Shown: positions 58,887 through 64,000 of the stretch, piece after piece
How positions within the stretch are numbered: the first letter of the stretch is position 1
Layout of the letters: the number at the start of each line of letters is the position of its first letter
NCBI GenBank assembly: GCA_963745025.1
Contig: CAVUWD010000006.1
Span: 288,001-352,000, forward strand
Length of the DNA stretch: 64,000 nucleotides
DNA from: an uncultured delta proteobacterium
GTDB taxonomy: Bacteria > Desulfobacterota > Binatia > JACPRU01
Direction: 5' to 3'
Program-made: the position numbers and the translations under genes
The notes under the pieces: generated by a model
What the model saw: only the letters and a program-made list of their open reading frames with translations
The model's database searches: none
Told to the model about the DNA's origin: nothing

Positions 58887-60320
58887 TTAGATCAACTTCT
58901 GCGATGTAGCCCAGGCCTCGGTCTTCGCCAGTGCGTTGCCCAACCGCTCGAGCATCAGGTCGATCTCCGACGCTGAGATGATCAGCGGCGGCGACATACA
59001 GATGTTGTCGCCGATCGCGCGAATCAGCAGACCGCCGTCGAAGGCCACGCGCTTGAATTGCGCGCCGACACCGGCTTCCACCGGAAACGCTTCACGCGTC
59101 TCCGTGTTGCGCACCAGCTCGACCGCCGCCATCAGGCCGATTCCCCGGATATCGCCGACGATCGGCGAGGAACGGAACTTCCGTAGCCCCTCGTGCAGGC
59201 GCTTGCCCATCTTCGCGGCGTTCTCGATGAGCCCCTCGCGCTCGATGATCTCGAGGACCTTGAGCCCCGCGGCGCAGCAGGCCGGATTGCCGGTGTTGGT
59301 GTAGCCGTGCCACACCACCGCGCCCTTCGAGGAGTCGAGCAGTGTTTGGTAAATCTTTTCGTGAACGATGACAGCGCCCAGCGGCAGGTAACCGCTACTG
59401 ATCCCCTTGGCGGTCGAGATGATATCCGGGATCACTCCCCAGTGCTCGATTCCCCACATCTTGCCCGTCCGTCCGGTGCCGGTGATCACCTCGTCGACCA
59501 CCATCAGGACGTCATAGCGGTCGCAGATCCGGCGGATACGCGGGAAGTACTCCGGCGGCGCCGGGATCACGCCGCCCGCGCCCATCACCGGCTCCGCGAT
59601 GAAGAAGGCGACGTTGTCCGGCCCTTCTTCAAGAATTGCCTTCTCCAGTTCGTCGGCGCACACCACGCCGCATGACGGGTAGTTCTTCTTCCACGGGCAT
59701 CGGTAGCAGTAGGGCGGATCGATATGGCGAACCCTGGGCATCATCGGTTCGAAGTGCTCGTGGAAATGCTCGATCCCGGTGAGGCTGGCCGCGCCAGTCG
59801 ACGATCCGTGGTAGCCGCGATTCAGCGCGATCGCGGTGACCTTGTTCTTGTGGCCCTTCAACTTGAAGTAGAGCCGGCTGAGGCGGATCACGCTCTCGTT
59901 GGATTCCGAGCCGCCACTGGTGAAGAAGACGCGGTTGAGCCCTTCGGGCGCCAGCGACGCGAGCTTCGCCGCCAGCTCGATCGCCGGCGGGGTGGAGATG
60001 TTGAGCAGCCCCAGATGGAAAGACAGCTTCTCCAACTGGTCGCGCACCGCCTCTGCGACTTCGGTCTGCCCGTAGCCGAGGTTGACGTTCCAGATCGCCG
60101 AGCTGCCGTCGAGGTACTGCTTGCCGCGCGCGTCCCAAACGAAGACGCCCTTGCCCCTGACGATCACCATCGAGCCGTCGCGCGCGTGCTCGTCGAGCGG
60201 GGCGAAGCCCGGCAGCTTGTGTCTGCGATCGAGTTCGATCAGCCGGTCGGCGTCAAGCTCGAAACGAGTTTGCGTCTCGCGCGCCGGCTTCCTGGTCCGT
60301 TCGGATACTGTCATCGTCAA
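58887..60320 (-). CDS. Class III aminotransferase (omega-amino acid/polyamine type)
   Basis: SGGSESNE, GYHG, EPVMGAGG, DEVITGTGRTG, TAKGISSGY, HGYT. Confidence 0.94.
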   Translation of the reverse strand: MTMTVSERTRKPARETQTRFELDADRLIELDRRHKLPGFAPLDEHARDGSMVIVRGKGVFVWDARGKQYLDGSSAIWNVNLGYGQTEVAEAVRDQLEKLSFHLGLLNISTPPAIELAAKLASLAPEGLNRVFFTSGGSESNESVIRLSRLYFKLKGHKNKVTAIALNRGYHGSSTGAASLTGIEHFHEHFEPMMPRVRHIDPPYCYRCPWKKNYPSCGVVCADELEKAILEEGPDNVAFFIAEPVMGAGGVIPAPPEYFPRIRRICDRYDVLMVVDEVITGTGRTGKMWGIEHWGVIPDIISTAKGISSGYLPLGAVIVHEKIYQTLLDSSKGAVVWHGYTNTGNPACCAAGLKVLEIIEREGLIENAAKMGKRLHEGLRKFRSSPIVGDIRGIGLMAAVELVRNTETREAFPVEAGVGAQFKRVAFDGGLLIRAIGDNICMSPPLIISASEIDLMLERLGNALAKTEAWATSQKLI

Positions 60321-60373
60321 TCCCTCGCCGTTGTGAGGCTATCGCGATCAATACCAGTTGCCACCGGCCTGCT

Positions 60374-61729
60374 CTAGCGCTGCCGCAGCCTCTCTTTCTT
60401 CATCGCGTTCAGCACCGCGGTGGCGGCGGCGAGCGCCTCGGCGATATCGGCTTCGTTATGCGCCGACGAAATGAATCCGACGTGCCCCTGGTAGAAGAAA
60501 ATCCCGTGGGCAAGCATCCGAACATGCAGCTCACGCAAGAGCTCCTGGTCGGCGTCTTCCACCTGGCGCACCGAACGGATCTCTTCTCTGGTGAAGTGGG
60601 TATGAAACATCGAGCCGTGGCCGGTCACCTGGACCTCGTAGCCGGCCGCTTCCGCCGCCTCTTTCAGCCCCCGGCGCATCCGGTCGCCGAGCTCGTTCAT
60701 CCGGGAGAAGACGGCGGAATCCTCCATCACTTTTAGCGCCGCAAGCCCCGCTGCGACGCTCAGCGGAAATGCGCTGAAGGTGCCCGACTGGAACACGAAA
60801 TCCTCCGGATGCTTTTCCGACGACATGTGTTCCATCACCTCGGCGCGTCCGCCGAACGCCGCCATCGGATAGCCGCCGGCGATCACCTTGCCCAAGACCG
60901 TGAGATCCGGCCTGAGGCCGTATTCGTCCTGGATACCGCCCATCCGCGAGCGGAAGCCGGTGATCACCTCGTCGAAGGCGAGCAAAATCCCGTGTCTGCG
61001 CGTGACTTCGCGAATCGCGGCGAGATATTCACGGTCGGCCGGAATCGCGCCGCCGAATCCCAGCACCGGCTCGACGATCACCAGGGCAAGCTCGCTCGCG
61101 TACCTTTCGATCAGCGCGACCGTGGCCTCGATATTGTTGAACGGCAGGATGACGGTGAGCTTGAGCACGTCCTCGGGGGTGCGATTGTGGAACGGCACCG
61201 CTCGCGGCGCCTCATCGGGCCCCCGCGACGATTTGTCGGCAGTGCACGAAATCAGCACGTTCTCGCCGGTGCCGTGATAAGCGCCCTCGAACTTGGCGAT
61301 CTTGTCGCGGCCGGTGTATGCGCGCGCGAGCCGGATGATCGATTGCACGCCCTCGGTACCCGACGGCAGGAAGCGGATTCGCTCCATGCTCGGCACGTAT
61401 CGGACCAGGCGTTCGACCAGCTCGATCTGGCGCTCGGTCGCACTGAGATTCGGCACACCTTCCTCGAGCGCCACGCGCACCGCGCGGAGAATCGCCGGAT
61501 GGGCGTGACCATGAATGAGCGACCCGGCACCGATCATGAAGTCGATATATTCATTGCCGTCGCGGTCATGGAGCCGCGAGCCACGGGCGCCGGTTACATA
61601 GATCGGATGCGGTGGACGGTACTGGCTCTGCCCGCCGACGCCCGCCGGCATCACCTTGCTGGCCCGTTCGTGCAGCGCGCGCGATTGTTCGAGCTTCGTC
61701 AGTTTCGAAACCTCTCTTGGGTAACTCAT
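60374..61729 (-). CDS. Class III aminotransferase, glutamate-1-semialdehyde aminomutase-like
   Basis: SGTE, KFEGAYHG, FDEVITGFR, LGKVIAGGYP, SGTF. Confidence 0.9.
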   Translation of the reverse strand: MSYPREVSKLTKLEQSRALHERASKVMPAGVGGQSQYRPPHPIYVTGARGSRLHDRDGNEYIDFMIGAGSLIHGHAHPAILRAVRVALEEGVPNLSATERQIELVERLVRYVPSMERIRFLPSGTEGVQSIIRLARAYTGRDKIAKFEGAYHGTGENVLISCTADKSSRGPDEAPRAVPFHNRTPEDVLKLTVILPFNNIEATVALIERYASELALVIVEPVLGFGGAIPADREYLAAIREVTRRHGILLAFDEVITGFRSRMGGIQDEYGLRPDLTVLGKVIAGGYPMAAFGGRAEVMEHMSSEKHPEDFVFQSGTFSAFPLSVAAGLAALKVMEDSAVFSRMNELGDRMRRGLKEAAEAAGYEVQVTGHGSMFHTHFTREEIRSVRQVEDADQELLRELHVRMLAHGIFFYQGHVGFISSAHNEADIAEALAAATAVLNAMKKERLRQR

Positions 61730-61834
61730 TGGAACACTCCTTTAGGCAGCAGCCTCGCGGGGAGTCGACGCCGTAGGCGGCACGGAATTGACCGTCCGCT
61801 GACTCCCCCTCCCCCCTGCGGAAGAAGACAGGGG

Positions 61835-63625
61835 TTAGAGCGAGCGCTTCCCTAGCACCCCACGCAGTTCCGCGGTTCCCTCAGCGTCCACTTTCAGCGA
61901 TTCGTCATCGGCGTGACCGGTGAAGACGACGCCGTACGTGTCGCGCGCCTGCTCAATCGAGACCCACTTTTCGAGCACGTCGAAACGCACGCGCTCGGGG
62001 TTCCGCTCCAACGGATCGCCGTAGCCTCCGCCTCCCGTATCCGCGCCAACGATGAACTCGCCAGGGAGAAGCTTCTCTGCCGAAACGCATGGCACGCGGT
62101 GCTCGGCTCCCTCGCGATCGATCTTCGCGGCGTACGCTGCCGCGCCCGGCAGGCCGCCGCGGACGCCCTTGGGCGGATGATGGTGTCCGTCGAGCGGAAA
62201 AATAACCGTCATCGGGTCATTCTTCGGCCCATACACCACGCGCGCCCCCGGAGAGCCGCGGAACTTTCCCGGCCCGCCGGCGTCGGTCATCAATCTCATC
62301 GACTCGAAATGGATCGGATATTTCTGCTCGTCGATCTCGACGCTGTCGCGATACATCAGTCCTGCGACGACCGGCAGCCCGTAAGTGACCCATCCGTCGG
62401 TCGACGGCGTGCCCGGCCCGCCGTTGCTGCCGATAATCAGTTGATTCACGTAGGGAGCACCGCCTTTGCGGAAGTCGTTGCCCGAGATCACCGCATACGG
62501 CGGACCCATGCCGAGGCCACCCTCAGCGAGACCGAAGCCGTCGCCAATTTGGGCGAACGCTGCCTGCGTGATGTTGACCAACCGGTCGCCGACGTTGGTG
62601 GTCGCGACCGAGCAGGACGTGGGAAACTTCGGGATGCCGACGACGCAGCCCTCGCGCAGATGCACCGTGATACGGCGGAAGCTGCCGGCATTGTGCGGCA
62701 CTCCCGGATCCAGCGAATTGAAAATCCCGGTGACGACGTTGTTGATCGCGCAGGTCTTGGATTCGTTGAGCCCGGCTGGTACGCAATCGATATTGTCGCG
62801 CAGGTCGACCTCGACCTTCCCTTCCTCGCCGTCGACGCGGACCTTGACTTTGATCGGTACGCCGTCGGGAACCGCCGGGAACGGATCGTGCGCACCGGTA
62901 TTGACGAGGTCGCCGCTCGGAAGCTGCTTGATCGCGTGAATCATCCGCCGCTCCGAGTAATCGAACCATTCGGCAACGAACTGCCGCATCAGATCGCGGC
63001 CATACTTGGCGACCAGTTCCTTGAGGCGCCGCTCGGCGATCCGCGCCGCGCCGAGCTCGGCCAGATAATCGCCGTACCACTGGTCGGGCACCCGGATCCG
63101 CCGCCGGCACATCCGGATGATGTCATCCACGTCCCGGTAATTGCGCTGGACTCGGACGCACGGGAAGTTGAGCGCGCCTTCCTCGTAAAGGTCGCCCGCG
63201 AACGGCATGTAGGTAGTCGGAAGGCTGTTGCCGCAGTCGGCCTGATGCGCCTTGGCGCAGGCGGTGAACATGTGCTCGCCGTCGACGAACACCGGCACTA
63301 GGATCGTGTGGTCGGCACTGTGAGTGTTGCCGAGATAGACGTCGTTGTGCAAGAAGGCATCGCCCTCGGCGAGATCCGCGTGCAGATCGCACATCGCTTG
63401 GGTCAGGAACTGCGACCCGAAGACGTGTACCGGTAATCCCTCGGCGGCGGCGAGCAACTGATTGTCGCCGGTCACCAGCGAGCAGGAAAAATCTCGCGCC
63501 ATGTTGAGCACCGCGGAGCGCCCCGAGCGCAGCAACGTGTTGGTCATCTCACGGCAGATACAATCCAAGCGGTTGGCGATTACCGCCAGCAGCGCTGAGT
63601 CTATCTTCGGCATGCTGATATTCAT
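61835..63625 (-). CDS. Hydantoinase B/5-oxoprolinase family subunit
   Basis: RDFSC, NDVYLGNTH, HQAD, GGPGKFRG, TGGGGYGDP. Confidence 0.93.
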   Translation of the reverse strand: MNISMPKIDSALLAVIANRLDCICREMTNTLLRSGRSAVLNMARDFSCSLVTGDNQLLAAAEGLPVHVFGSQFLTQAMCDLHADLAEGDAFLHNDVYLGNTHSADHTILVPVFVDGEHMFTACAKAHQADCGNSLPTTYMPFAGDLYEEGALNFPCVRVQRNYRDVDDIIRMCRRRIRVPDQWYGDYLAELGAARIAERRLKELVAKYGRDLMRQFVAEWFDYSERRMIHAIKQLPSGDLVNTGAHDPFPAVPDGVPIKVKVRVDGEEGKVEVDLRDNIDCVPAGLNESKTCAINNVVTGIFNSLDPGVPHNAGSFRRITVHLREGCVVGIPKFPTSCSVATTNVGDRLVNITQAAFAQIGDGFGLAEGGLGMGPPYAVISGNDFRKGGAPYVNQLIIGSNGGPGTPSTDGWVTYGLPVVAGLMYRDSVEIDEQKYPIHFESMRLMTDAGGPGKFRGSPGARVVYGPKNDPMTVIFPLDGHHHPPKGVRGGLPGAAAYAAKIDREGAEHRVPCVSAEKLLPGEFIVGADTGGGGYGDPLERNPERVRFDVLEKWVSIEQARDTYGVVFTGHADDESLKVDAEGTAELRGVLGKRSL

Positions 63626-63777
63626 CGCATCGGTTCCCTTGTCCTGTGACTTGTACCCCAGCGTCCCCAGTTGAAAGTCACCTTTGGATTATTGCCTTGT
63701 TTGCCATTCCGAGCGAAGCGAAAAATCTACGCGGAGCGATTTTCTCTTTGCGACTACGTCCAGGAAAAGACTCATCT

Positions 63778-64000
63778 TCAGCCGACCGCGAACAGATAAT
63801 TGTGCAGCTCCGTTACCCGTACCGAGTTGCCCGGATAGACCACGATCGTCGTGGTCGGCTCGTCGATCATCGCCGGCCCCTCGATCACCATCCCCGGCGA
63901 TAGCGCCTCACCGAGAAAACGCGGCACCCGCGTCTCTCCGATACCGGCGAAGAACGCACTCCGCGATACACGCGGCGGCGGTAGCTTGGCACTGCCGGCA
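63778..64000 (-). CDS. Hydantoinase A/oxoprolinase family subunit, C-terminal end (partial)
   Basis: Manual translation: ...LSPGMVIEGPAMIDEPTTTIVVYPG...FAVG*. Confidence 0.85.
   Translation of the reverse strand, partial: AGSAKLPPPRVSRSAFFAGIGETRVPRFLGEALSPGMVIEGPAMIDEPTTTIVVYPGNSVRVTELHNYLFAVG

Noticed and set aside
60374-61729. Calling this gene hemL
   Set aside because: The N-terminal motif is divergent (GVGGQSQ rather than GVNSPVR) and the context is catabolic; left as HemL-like.

Overview
High-GC bacterial chromosome segment. Gene content suggests a Binatota/Deltaproteobacteria-like heterotroph (inference). Scattered single-base frameshifts point to long-read assembly errors. Left to right: histone deacetylase, HNH nuclease, threonine synthase, CoA-transferase, HemD and YqgE; a VWA-TPR-ExbB-ExbD operon; a DsbA-family gene with an in-frame TGA in a UxxC site and a SECIS-like hairpin (selenoprotein); citrate synthase; an NHEJ locus (Ku, LigD, coupled MerR-HTH/TPR gene); a cyclase-ATPase-TPR gene next to a peroxiredoxin; a sulfur cluster (persulfide dioxygenase-rhodanese, Tat-less Psr/Ttr-like molybdoenzyme, SulP, YeeE pair); acyl-CoA metabolism with an atypical B12 mutase; OYE/ETF genes; class II-like PHA genes; a paaABC-paaK-P450-hmgA string; and an aminotransferase/hydantoinase block. 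Intergenic DNA holds two palindromic repeat families, several long hairpins and many gene stubs. No rRNA, tRNA, CRISPR array or intact transposase was recognised. Best leads: the Sec-DsbA, a motor with a TonB-like VWA partner, a possible hybrid phenylacetate-to-homogentisate route, the MerR-TPR NHEJ partner and a repeated multi-hairpin element.
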